A stretch of 29,620 nt of DNA from Methanotrichaceae archaeon (GTDB lineage: Archaea; Halobacteriota; Methanosarcinia; Methanotrichales; Methanotrichaceae), in the NCBI GenBank assembly GCA_963803145.1, contig CAWDLW010000019.1, positions 1-29,620 of the forward strand. The letters run 5' to 3'. Position 1 is the first letter of the stretch. The number at the start of each line of letters is the position of its first letter. Position numbers and translations under genes: made by a program. The notes under the pieces were generated by a model that did no database searches, had not been told where the DNA came from, and saw only the letters and a list, made by a program, of their open reading frames with translations. Of this stretch, positions 21,073 to 29,620 are shown one piece after another.

Positions 21073-22242
21073 TTATTTCTCCAGGCATTTGGCTGTAAAA
21101 GGCATCGGGAGAAGCTCTCCAACCCTGGCAATAAGAGCATCGCCCATTGGACTTGCCATGATGACCAATACATCCTCTCCGAACTCAATTATACTCTGCC
21201 TGCATATCCCACAGGGTGCAATAGGCTCAGGCGTGTCACCCATAATCGCTATCGCTTTGAAGCTGCGCTCGCCCGATGAAACTGCCTTGGCAATAGCCGC
21301 CCGCTCTGCACATATACCTGCACCGGGTGATATACTCTCGACATTGCCTGCCGAATAAATTTTGCCGCTGCTGCCAAGAACTGCAGCTCCAACCTTAAAA
21401 TTAGAATATGGAGCGTATGCATCTTCCATAGCTTTCTTCGCACATTCTATCAAATTATCATAGCCCCCAGTATAGGGATGAGGACAATTGCGAAGTGAGC
21501 CTATATACATGCACTCTTGGGGAGGCATTGTGGGGATCTCGCAGCTGGCGCTCTCATCGATCTTTACAGGTGCATTCCTTATAATGACAGCAGGAATCCC
21601 CTCATCTCCTTCGCCCATGATTATCTGGGCTGCAGATACAAGGTTGTCTGCCACCGCTTTTCTTGTGATCTGCAGCGGTCGTCCGTAGAGATCTGGCTGA
21701 CCTCTTGCATCTTCAACCGGCTCTATACCAGAGCAGCCAAGCGCTACTCCAACACATCCTAGGCGGAGAGGATGAGTCCTGCTGTCCCCCACAATAACGC
21801 CAATCCTCTTTCCATCTGCTATCCGCCGCCTGATCTCGGCCGCAGACTTCTGAGGATCAGCCGGGAAAAGAACTACATGTCCGGCCGGAGCGTTGGAGTG
21901 ATCTATACCGGCATTCGGATAGAGAAAACCCTTGTTTAGCGTGAGCACAACGCCGGGTATTCCGCCGACGATCTCATCGGATTCTCGTAAGATAAGCTCC
22001 ATTTCACGCGGATCTTTGGAATATTTTGCTGCAAGGGAGATGGCGAGATTACTAGGGGTGATATCATCAAGGTTTACAACTCTTCCTTCCCATGTGGCAA
22101 CTGTGCTCTCTGAAACAACAAGTATATCGCCATCCTTGAGGTGAAGGTCTGACCTGCTCATGCCAGCTTTCATGGCCTCAACAAAATCGTCTCCTATTCC
22201 TATAAGATCAGTCTTTATGCCAATTACTTCCAATGGGCTCAC
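21073..22242 (-). CDS. CofE/FolC2-family gamma-glutamyl ligase fused to cytidine deaminase
   Basis: N-terminal GDDF, DGDILVVSES, PNAGIDHSN, GDSRTHPLR, GEGDEGIP; C-terminal AYAPYSNFKVGAA, GNVE, CAERAAI, PCGICRQ, ELLPMPF. One intact 389-aa frame. Confidence 0.88.
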   Translation of the reverse strand: MSPLEVIGIKTDLIGIGDDFVEAMKAGMSRSDLHLKDGDILVVSESTVATWEGRVVNLDDITPSNLAISLAAKYSKDPREMELILRESDEIVGGIPGVVLTLNKGFLYPNAGIDHSNAPAGHVVLFPADPQKSAAEIRRRIADGKRIGVIVGDSRTHPLRLGCVGVALGCSGIEPVEDARGQPDLYGRPLQITRKAVADNLVSAAQIIMGEGDEGIPAVIIRNAPVKIDESASCEIPTMPPQECMYIGSLRNCPHPYTGGYDNLIECAKKAMEDAYAPYSNFKVGAAVLGSSGKIYSAGNVESISPGAGICAERAAIAKAVSSGERSFKAIAIMGDTPEPIAPCGICRQSIIEFGEDVLVIMASPMGDALIARVGELLPMPFTAKCLEK

Positions 22243-22257
22243 CTATAACATCCGAGA

Positions 22258-23475
22258 TTATCTGTAACGTCTGGAATCATCTATGTTCCGAAGATCATTA
22301 TCAATAGCCTTTGCTACTGCAGGAAGACGGAAGGGCTGTTTTTCAAGGCTCTTCATAAGGCCTGAGAGCTGAGATATCGTGCCGAAGATTAAAACCTCTT
22401 CCGGCCTAGGGTCACAACGTAGGGCAAGCTTCGGTATTGCAGCATCCCCCCCTCGTGCAAGCATCTCCTGCTTGATTATTATCGCTTCCATCGAGCTTAA
22501 GCCCTTTACAGATAGGGCTCTGAAAGCCCCTTTTCTGCAGAGCAGCTTCTCGCCTCTTTCATCCACCTCAATACGCCTTAAATGCTCCAGAAGCTCACTG
22601 CCGCCAAAATAACCTAAAACCTCAACATCGATTTCGCCCTCACTAGCACTCGCGGGCATGCCTCTTATGGCCTGGGCCATCCTTATCGTATCAAGGCTTG
22701 TGGATACGTCATGAGTTCGAACTATATGCGCTCCATTATAGACTGCGACTGCGGTCGCCCCAAGGGTTCCACATAGCCGCACCATAGGATCGGGCTGGTT
22801 CAATTTTGCGCCTATAAAGGACTTTCTGGAAACTGCCGCCATGACTGGTCGCTCCAGTGCTCTTAGCCGTCTGAAGTCATCAAGTATCATCAGGTCATGC
22901 TCAGGCGTCTTCTCTGCAGTCCATCTTCCAACGCCCGGATCAATAGCGATCTTCTCTAATGATACGCCTGCAGCTGCAGCCAGCCTGACTCGCTCACCAA
23001 GGACTTGAACTATCTCGTCTAGCGTGAGCAGGTCTCCCGGCTTATTCCGTGATGCCATAATGATTGCCGAGCCGCCATGATCCGCTATAGTCCTTGACAT
23101 CTGGGGATCTTTGAGGCCGGATACATCGTTTATGCAAGAGGCACCGATTGAGAGAGATTCTTCAGCTATTTTTGCTCTCTGTGTATCTACTGAGACAGTG
23201 ATATCCAAGTTATCGATAATCTGCTTGAGCGCAGGCATGAGTCGCGCCCTCTCTTCTGCTTCGTCTATTCTCGGAGATCCGGGAGCAGTGGAAACTGCGC
23301 CAAGGTCTATCAGATCTGCACCCTCATCTGCAAGAGAGATTGCAAGCTCAAGGACATCACCCGAAGCTGCGATAGATCCCTTATAAAAGGACTCACGGCT
23401 GAGGTTGATCACAGCCATTATCCTGACAGGATATTTATCCCCGACCGCTACATCTCCAAGCAAGCCCTCAATCAC
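22258..23475 (-). CDS. folP: Dihydropteroate synthase with C-terminal dihydropteroate-reductase-like domain
   Basis: INLSRESFY, DLGAVSTAPG, SVDT, INDVSG, IDPGVG, SRKSFIG, RTHDV; C-terminal ~125 aa contain IIKQEMLARGGDAA and KQPF. Confidence 0.88.
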   Translation of the reverse strand: MIEGLLGDVAVGDKYPVRIMAVINLSRESFYKGSIAASGDVLELAISLADEGADLIDLGAVSTAPGSPRIDEAEERARLMPALKQIIDNLDITVSVDTQRAKIAEESLSIGASCINDVSGLKDPQMSRTIADHGGSAIIMASRNKPGDLLTLDEIVQVLGERVRLAAAAGVSLEKIAIDPGVGRWTAEKTPEHDLMILDDFRRLRALERPVMAAVSRKSFIGAKLNQPDPMVRLCGTLGATAVAVYNGAHIVRTHDVSTSLDTIRMAQAIRGMPASASEGEIDVEVLGYFGGSELLEHLRRIEVDERGEKLLCRKGAFRALSVKGLSSMEAIIIKQEMLARGGDAAIPKLALRCDPRPEEVLIFGTISQLSGLMKSLEKQPFRLPAVAKAIDNDLRNIDDSRRYR

Positions 23476-23485
23476 AAAGAACGCC

Positions 23486-24280
23486 TCATTCAGAGAGCCT
23501 GAGCATTATGCCAGTCCTCCTGGCTCTCTCTATTGATCTATCGAAGAGCATTAGCCCTAAAGCCAGATAAAGAGCCGAGAGCAGAATGCCTATAGCTAAG
23601 TTGTGTGGGCCGTGGATATAAACCGACCTATAATACTCTAAAAAGTATGTCAAAGGTATAGCCCTTGCCACAGCCTGCAAAGCAGATGGCAGCACCTCTA
23701 TGGGATAGTATATTCCGCTCACGAGAAGTATCAGGCCGCTAAGACTCCAGGCCGCCACATCGGCCTTCTGGCCGAAGGTGAGTATAGAAATGCACACTGT
23801 CATGCCTATGACTGCAGCAACTGAGAACACCCCCGCCAGGAATATGATTACAGGCAGAATACCTCCCGCAAGGAAGTTGAAACCGAATAGGTATCGACTT
23901 ACTACAACTAAAATTAGGAAGACAACGGTCCCTCGGGCGATGCCGAAGATAAGGGCTCCAAAAACGAGATGATAGCTCTTTATCGGGGCTATGAAGGTAT
24001 TCTTTATGCTCTTTGACCACATATCGAAGAGCAGAACATAGGCCACGTCTATCTGGGCAACCTGTAATATAGTGAGAGCAATCGCTCCCACAATAAGGAA
24101 CGAGCCCGTAGATGTTCCGAGGTTCAGGAATCTGGTCAGGAGACCTATCGACAGAAGGCTGATCATCGGCCAGAAGAAAAGCTCGAAGAGGGTGAAGACA
24201 TTCCTCTTTGATATTATCCAGTTCTTATAGGCCGAAGCCAGGTATTTGTTAAGCCTACCCTGCCAGTTCAAGAAAAACAT
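23486..24280 (-). CDS. ABC-2 type transporter permease
   Basis: About 6 TM segments and SGIYYPIEVLP...IPLTY motif; overlaps the ATPase gene. Confidence 0.9.
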   Translation of the reverse strand: MFFLNWQGRLNKYLASAYKNWIISKRNVFTLFELFFWPMISLLSIGLLTRFLNLGTSTGSFLIVGAIALTILQVAQIDVAYVLLFDMWSKSIKNTFIAPIKSYHLVFGALIFGIARGTVVFLILVVVSRYLFGFNFLAGGILPVIIFLAGVFSVAAVIGMTVCISILTFGQKADVAAWSLSGLILLVSGIYYPIEVLPSALQAVARAIPLTYFLEYYRSVYIHGPHNLAIGILLSALYLALGLMLFDRSIERARRTGIMLRLSE

Positions 24281-25187
24281 CCTCCAGGTCAGGTTCTTTT
24301 ATGCCTATATCCTTTATCCGTGCGGCTGAAAATATCTTGATAATCCTGTCCAAGTTATCAGCATTCTTATCCACAACTATCTCAGCCATTCCTGGCGACA
24401 TCCTTAGGTCCATGACTCCGGGAATCTCCTTCAGCAACTCAACATTCACTAGACCATCATAGGTTATGACAACCTTCTCGCCAAGCCCCAGCTGGCTCTT
24501 GAGGTTCTTCGGCGTATCCAGGGCAACAATCTCGCCCTTCCGCAAGAAGGCAATTCTATCGCAGAGCATTTCAGCCTCAGGCATGTAGTGTGTCGACATA
24601 ACAACTGCTATCTCCTGCTCCTCGTGGATCCTGCGTATGAGCTGCCTTGTCTTCGTGGCAATCTCAGGGTCTAGACCGGTCGTGGGCTCATCGAGGAACA
24701 ATAGCCTGGGACTGTTCAGCATCGCCTTTGCTAGCGATAGTCTCTGTTTGAGACCTGTAGACAGATCCTCGAAGGTCATATCCCTGTACTCGCCGAGCTC
24801 AAACGCATCTATAAGATCATCTACTGCTCTCGCAAGCCCAGTGCCATACATTCCGTAGAGCATCGCATAATGTCTGAGATTCTCCTTAACGGTCAGGCTC
24901 CAGGGAAAGTTCGGCTTAGCAGTGCTTATGTTTATCTTTTTTCTTACCTCATCCATACTTTTCCGTGCATCAAGGCCCAATATCTTCAGCTTCCCTCTAT
25001 CAGGGTATATCAGCGTTGAGAAAATAGATATAAGCGTTGTTTTTCCTGAGCCGTTTGGGCCAAGCAACCCGAAGATCTCATTCGCATCGATCTCTAAGGA
25101 TATATCCTTGAGGACTATTGATCGAGGCCCAAAAAAGCTTTTGTAGCTTTTGCAGATGCCCTCTGCCTGAACAGATTTATTCGACAT
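24255..25187 (-). CDS. ABC transporter ATP-binding protein (ABC-2/DrrA-like)
   Basis: GPNGSGKT, LSTGLKQR, FLDEPTTGLD, STH, EPDLEDVF. Confidence 0.93.
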   Translation of the reverse strand: MSNKSVQAEGICKSYKSFFGPRSIVLKDISLEIDANEIFGLLGPNGSGKTTLISIFSTLIYPDRGKLKILGLDARKSMDEVRKKINISTAKPNFPWSLTVKENLRHYAMLYGMYGTGLARAVDDLIDAFELGEYRDMTFEDLSTGLKQRLSLAKAMLNSPRLLFLDEPTTGLDPEIATKTRQLIRRIHEEQEIAVVMSTHYMPEAEMLCDRIAFLRKGEIVALDTPKNLKSQLGLGEKVVITYDGLVNVELLKEIPGVMDLRMSPGMAEIVVDKNADNLDRIIKIFSAARIKDIGIKEPDLEDVFLELAG

Positions 25188-25190
25188 AAT

Positions 25191-26156
25191 TTACCTTGAA
25201 AACTTGCGCCACTTCGACCTATGCAGGCGCTTCCTCCATGAAACTCCGATTGCTACGACTGCTACTAATACGATTGATACTGCTATCATGATATAAATCA
25301 GAGAATTGGATGCAGCCTCTACGCTTGCAGGAATTTGGAGCAACGAGGAGCCCCCATCATAATTCAATTCACATTGTAAGTTATAATCGCTTGTGCTCAC
25401 ATTTCCGTCTGCAGTAACCGCAAACTCTGCAACCGCAATCTGGCCGGGAGCTATATTCCCCAATTGAACACTGTCCACCGACACGAAGTGGGGAGAGGCC
25501 GTAAGCCTTGCAGTGCAATTGCTTAAAATCTCATGCCCAGAATTCTTTATCGCAGCCATTACTGTGCCTGAGCCCCCTGGATGTAAGTCGGACTTTACGC
25601 CAACAACACTGAGCCCATCGTGCCCATCGATAAATATCCTGATTAATATACTGCTGCTATCGGGCTGGTATAGTGGTGTTACGCTGCCGTTGCTCACCGT
25701 GGCATCCACCTGATGCTCATAATCCAAGGTAAGCGGAAGCTCGTACCATCCATCAGCACCTGATGCTGAAATATTAAACTCCATTCTTGCGACAGACCCA
25801 GACGGCAGCGAGGCGATTACATAAGGTTTTGAAATTACGTTGATAAGCCCGCTGCCATGAAGCGTGGCGGTGATGTTCATGGCATCGACTGAGAGCATCT
25901 CCGCCCTCATCTCCTTCATGATATCCTCATCGGATCCATTTCTCTGTGTCGGTATCAGCTCATCTACTCTACCAACGTTTCCGAGCAGGATCACTAAAAC
26001 CGAGTCACTTCCTGGATACAAAACTGGGTTGGCTGCCGATGCCTCAAGCGATGGTGCACCTATCACCTTGTAATGGTCATCTGCGAAGAACATCATGTCC
26101 TCTGCAGAGCAAACTGATATCAGGGTTAATATGCAAAGGATATTGAGGCGATTCAT
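25191..26156 (-). CDS. COG1361-like S-layer/Ig-fold membrane-anchored protein
   Basis: Signal peptide, beta-rich domains (LYPG, G.YELPLTLDY, IKNSG, LGNIAPG), C-terminal TM helix plus basic tail. Confidence 0.75.
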   Translation of the reverse strand: MNRLNILCILTLISVCSAEDMMFFADDHYKVIGAPSLEASAANPVLYPGSDSVLVILLGNVGRVDELIPTQRNGSDEDIMKEMRAEMLSVDAMNITATLHGSGLINVISKPYVIASLPSGSVARMEFNISASGADGWYELPLTLDYEHQVDATVSNGSVTPLYQPDSSSILIRIFIDGHDGLSVVGVKSDLHPGGSGTVMAAIKNSGHEILSNCTARLTASPHFVSVDSVQLGNIAPGQIAVAEFAVTADGNVSTSDYNLQCELNYDGGSSLLQIPASVEAASNSLIYIMIAVSIVLVAVVAIGVSWRKRLHRSKWRKFSR

Positions 26157-26190
26157 GCTATACTCAACTTTCTTCCCAACTCTATTAAGC

Positions 26191-26994
26191 CTATCTGGAG
26201 AGGGATGTGCTTATGAAGAATGCAACAGCAGCAGTCAGGATTATAGTCGCGCCTGATGGCACATTCAGGAGATAGGAAACAGCTAGCCCAATAGTCACAA
26301 AGACTATTCCAAGGAGTATTGCTCCTGCCATTATTCCCGGCAGGCCCTTCATATGCTGTCTGCTGATAGCTCCAGGTATTGTCAGAAGCGCTATTAGAAG
26401 GATAATACCTACGATCTTTATCAGAACTACAATAGTGAATGCCACCATACAGAGCAGAAGCAGCCGCAACCTCTGAACAGGAAGGCCAACAGCTTCGCCG
26501 TAAATAGGATCAAAACTCAAAACCAGAAACTCTTTGTAAAGCGCAATCACTATGATAAGAACCACCAGTGTCAGTGCGCATATTATAGCCACATCCTCTT
26601 GGGTTACTGCAAGAATATTTCCGAAAAGGTATCCGAAGAGATCTCTTCCATAGCCGCTGGCGAGACTCAGGAACATTATCCCAAGTGCCATGCCTGTAGC
26701 AAGAAAAACGCCTATTGCCGTGTCCTCGGAGACATTGGATTTTGAGGAGACTACGCTAATGCCAATAGCCGTCGCAACCGCCGATACAACACCGAACGCC
26801 AGCGGATCATAACCCAGGAAGTATCCGAGACCAATGCCGCCGAAGGCTGCATGAGCTATCCCATCGCTTATGAATACTATTTTATTTAATACTATATATA
26901 TCCCTATTATCCCGCAGAGAAAGGCTGCGGCAACACCTGCTTCGAGGGCATTTCGCATGAACTCATACTTTAGAAGATCAGTAAATTCAATCAT
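26191..26994 (-). CDS. znuB: Zn/Mn ABC transporter permease
   Basis: FISDGIAHAAFGG, YLFGNIL, SFDP, VGIILLIALLTIP, PSGATI. Confidence 0.9.
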   Translation of the reverse strand: MIEFTDLLKYEFMRNALEAGVAAAFLCGIIGIYIVLNKIVFISDGIAHAAFGGIGLGYFLGYDPLAFGVVSAVATAIGISVVSSKSNVSEDTAIGVFLATGMALGIMFLSLASGYGRDLFGYLFGNILAVTQEDVAIICALTLVVLIIVIALYKEFLVLSFDPIYGEAVGLPVQRLRLLLLCMVAFTIVVLIKIVGIILLIALLTIPGAISRQHMKGLPGIMAGAILLGIVFVTIGLAVSYLLNVPSGATIILTAAVAFFISTSLSR

Positions 26995-27748
26995 GCTCCC
27001 TCAGTACCCTATGAGGCGCACCGTGAGCAATCATCTCAACAGGGCAGCCATATGCCTTCTCGATATCAGCAACTGTAAGCTCCTTTGAGCCATGATAATA
27101 GAGCCTCTGGTTCAGGCATGCGATCTTATTGACATACTTCGAGACTGCGGTGAGATCGTGCGACACAAGGACTATGGCGATGCCCATCTTCCTGTTCAGC
27201 CTGTATAAAAGCTCATAGAACTCCGTTTGCTGTGCAGCATCAACACCCGCTGTTGGTTCATCCAATAAAAGCAACCTTGGCTCAGATACAAGAGATCTGG
27301 CTACGAAGACCCTCTGCTGCTGTCCTCCTGAGAGAGCACCAATATTACGGCCTGCGAGCTCCTGCATATTCACCGCTGCGAGAGCGCGAAGTCCGGCTTC
27401 GCGGTTTTCGCTGCTATATCGCCGGAAAATGCCTACTTTACCATACAGCCCCATGAGCACGACCTCCAAGGCAGTTACAGGAAAGGTTGGATCAAATAGG
27501 GTCTTCTGGGGCATGTATCCCACGAGTTTCCGTGCCTCTGCCGGCTGAAGGCCAAATATCCGAACTGTACCCCGTTCTGGTTCAATAAGGCCGAGCATTA
27601 CCTTGAGGAGGGTGGACTTGCCCCCGCCATTGGGGCCGATTAGGCCGAGGAAATCGCCTTCATCAAGCTCCAGGTTGACATCTTCAAGGACAGGATTGCT
27701 ATCTTTACAGACCCAGAGGCCCTTGATCGAAACTATCGCCATCATCAC
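26987..27748 (-). CDS. znuC: Zn/Mn ABC transporter ATPase
   Basis: GPNGGGKST, GYMPQK, LSGGQQQR, LLDEPTAGVD, VSHD, ACLN. Confidence 0.9.
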   Translation of the reverse strand: MMMAIVSIKGLWVCKDSNPVLEDVNLELDEGDFLGLIGPNGGGKSTLLKVMLGLIEPERGTVRIFGLQPAEARKLVGYMPQKTLFDPTFPVTALEVVLMGLYGKVGIFRRYSSENREAGLRALAAVNMQELAGRNIGALSGGQQQRVFVARSLVSEPRLLLLDEPTAGVDAAQQTEFYELLYRLNRKMGIAIVLVSHDLTAVSKYVNKIACLNQRLYYHGSKELTVADIEKAYGCPVEMIAHGAPHRVLREHD

Positions 27749-28620
27749 CTCAAGCTCTGGGCAATTTTTTCACCAACGGTTCTGAGATTATCAATATAAT
27801 TCGGTGCCAGATCATCAATGGTGATCACCTTTCCATTGATCTCATTGGCGATCACCTCTGCGGACTTCGGATTATACTGGGGCTCTACAAAGACGGTAGC
27901 TATATTGTTCGCCTTAGCTGTGTCTATAACCTCTGCCAGGTACCTCGGCCCAGGCTCCTTCTCCTCTGCCTCAATAGCGATCTGTGTTAGGCCATAATCC
28001 CTGGCAAAGTAAGTCCAGGCAGGGTGAAGCACTATGAACTTTTTCTCCTTTTCTCCAGCAAAAGTCGTATTGAGATATGCATCAAGATCCTTCAACTTTT
28101 TAGTATAGTTGTCCCTATTATTAATATAATATTCTTTGTTGGAGGGGTCTATCTGTATGAGACCGTCGCAGATATTTCGGACCTGGATCATGGCATCACG
28201 CGGTGAAAGCCAGATGTGCACGTCCGCTATATTGGTGCCCCCTGCCGTATCTTCTCCGCCTGTGCCAGTTATGAGGCTGATGCCCTTGGAGGTATCGATT
28301 ACAAGCATGTGCGGGTTGACCTGCAATATACTATCCATCCAGCTCTCCAAGCCTGCGCCATTCTCCACATAAACATCTGCGTCCGCTACGGCTTTGATCT
28401 GTGATGGAGTGAGCTCGAATGTATGTGGATCTGCACCCGGAGGCACAAGGACAGTTACAGCAACGCGATCTCCTCCCACCGCCTGCACAAACTCGCCCAG
28501 TGGAATGATGGTGGTGGCAACCTTAACCTGGTTATGTGCTTCCTCCTGCGATGTGCAGACGCTGATGGATGCTATCGATACTATCAGAGCTATCAGGAGT
28601 AGAACTGTAAATCCTCTCAT
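27745..28620 (-). CDS. znuA: Zn/Mn ABC transporter substrate-binding protein
   Basis: Signal peptide, PGADPHTFE, NGAGLE, DVHIWLSP, HPAWTYFARDYGL. Confidence 0.9.
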   Translation of the reverse strand: MRGFTVLLLIALIVSIASISVCTSQEEAHNQVKVATTIIPLGEFVQAVGGDRVAVTVLVPPGADPHTFELTPSQIKAVADADVYVENGAGLESWMDSILQVNPHMLVIDTSKGISLITGTGGEDTAGGTNIADVHIWLSPRDAMIQVRNICDGLIQIDPSNKEYYINNRDNYTKKLKDLDAYLNTTFAGEKEKKFIVLHPAWTYFARDYGLTQIAIEAEEKEPGPRYLAEVIDTAKANNIATVFVEPQYNPKSAEVIANEINGKVITIDDLAPNYIDNLRTVGEKIAQSLR

Positions 28621-28907
28621 GGCTCAATCAGCCTCTTGCCGATGTACCTGGATCTCGTCTTTCCGCCCTCCTTCCAGTAGCCATACCAGTAAGGTCCATG
28701 GGGACAGCCCTTGCAGCCTTTGCCGCAGGAGACGCGCTCAAGCCTGTAGGTGATCGATCCAGATTTTTTCACATCCAGCACCTCCCTTTTTGCAGGCTCT
28801 CGAACGTGCTCCTTATCGGATATCAGATTTTGGACAAGATCTCTGATTTCATAGAGCACCGGCAGACTTTGGCCAGCGAGCGTATTTGAGATATATTCAG
28901 GTATCAC
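28617..28907 (-). CDS. Small Cys3His zinc-finger protein (DUF6788-like)
   Basis: SCGKGCKGCPHGPYWYGYWKEGGKTRSRYIGK; its stop overlaps the znuA ATG (ATGA). Confidence 0.75.
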   Translation of the reverse strand: MIPEYISNTLAGQSLPVLYEIRDLVQNLISDKEHVREPAKREVLDVKKSGSITYRLERVSCGKGCKGCPHGPYWYGYWKEGGKTRSRYIGKRLIEP

Positions 28908-28914
28908 TGAGGGA

Positions 28915-28980
28915 TCTTATGTAACTGTCCCTAGTTAAATCCATTGCTATCGCTGGCAGCACCTGGCAGGTTACATAAGA
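28915..28980. repeat. 11-bp perfect inverted repeat upstream of the Zn-finger/znu operon
   Basis: TCTTATGTAAC (28915-28925) and GTTACATAAGA (28970-28980), 44-bp spacer. Confidence 0.8.
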
Positions 28981-29066
28981 ATGAACTCTCATCGTAATAC
29001 TAATAATCAAACCCTCATGAGCAATTTGCTCATGATGGAAGATATCGAGACCGGAAAGAGCAAAAC

Positions 29067-29243
29067 CTATTCTTCGAGGACATAAAGAAAATCGCCAATG
29101 ACTTCAATGGAATGGATCGTGAACGCAGTAGTAAATGCTTTAATCTCTCCTTTATCGATTTTTCTAAGCAAGGCTAGACAATCATTCTTATACCGTCTGT
29201 TTAATAATACCTCCAGGAATATGTTGGCATCAATCAGATACAA
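29067..29243 (-). pseudogene. vapC: Truncated VapC/PIN-domain toxin
   Basis: MYLIDANIFLEVLL...KGEIKAFTTAFTIHSIEVI... stops after 58 aa, versus about 130 aa for a full PIN domain; overlaps the antitoxin 3' end. Confidence 0.75.
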
Positions 29244-29433
29244 CCTTTTTCACCCAGAGATCCTTTGCACGGTGTTGGAGATCAACTGAATCGATATCTA
29301 TATCCCTGAGAAGTCCTACTATTCGGTCTGTATTTGATTCTATTATCTCGACCTCTATCTCAGTGCCTTCTTTCAAGTCGAGCTTCTCAAGAGGCCTGAT
29401 AACATTATTATCGTATATCGCTTTCACGATCAT
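29230..29433 (-). CDS. AF2212-like (DUF104) VapB antitoxin
   Basis: IVKAIYDNNVIRPLEKLDLKEGTEIEVEI signature; directly upstream of a PIN ORF. Confidence 0.85.
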   Translation of the reverse strand: MIVKAIYDNNVIRPLEKLDLKEGTEIEVEIIESNTDRIVGLLRDIDIDSVDLQHRAKDLWVKKVVSD

Positions 29434-29620
29434 GAGAGGATTTATTGTAAATGATTATTTAAAACCCTGACTCGTACAAAGAGGGAATATCCAAGGATCT
29501 CGTGGCCTTATAAATATAGGGGATTTGACCCAATTTAATTGCTGAGGTCGCGAGGCTGGAAAGAGAGCAGGACATGATCTCCGCTCCACTTTAACCTTAT
29601 AGTCTGCGCTTCCAGAAACT

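Overview
Archaeal window, most likely from a Methanosarcinales/Methanotrichales methanogen (Methanothrix-like gene content: ahbC, two CofE-family genes, larC, COG1361 S-layer protein; archaeal BRE/TATA and GGAGG/GGTGA Shine-Dalgarno signals). Left to right: (1) an AT-rich accessory island of four co-oriented minus-strand genes with winged-helix and degenerate PRTase-like domains (1-~3300); (2) a minus-strand run eno-cofE-hemL-hemC-cobA/hemD-ahbC; (3) two divergently oriented fluoride (crcB-class) riboswitches flanking a HIT gene. One riboswitch precedes a leader ORF plus enolase, the other a prenyltransferase-repeat (COG1689-like) gene, a HEAT-repeat gene and ilvD. No fluoride exporter is in the window. 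(4) larC, a PolB2 remnant and small ORFs; (5) trkAH; (6) a putative two-gene folate module: FolP with a C-terminal dihydropteroate-reductase-like domain, and a CofE/FolC2-type ligase fused to cytidine deaminase; (7) an ABC-2 exporter, S-layer-type protein and znuABC led by a Cys3His zinc-finger gene; (8) a VapB antitoxin with a truncated VapC. Genes between ~8.8 and 13.3 kb carry many single-base frameshifts, probably uncorrected long-read errors. All family assignments are from motif recognition by eye; no searches were run.
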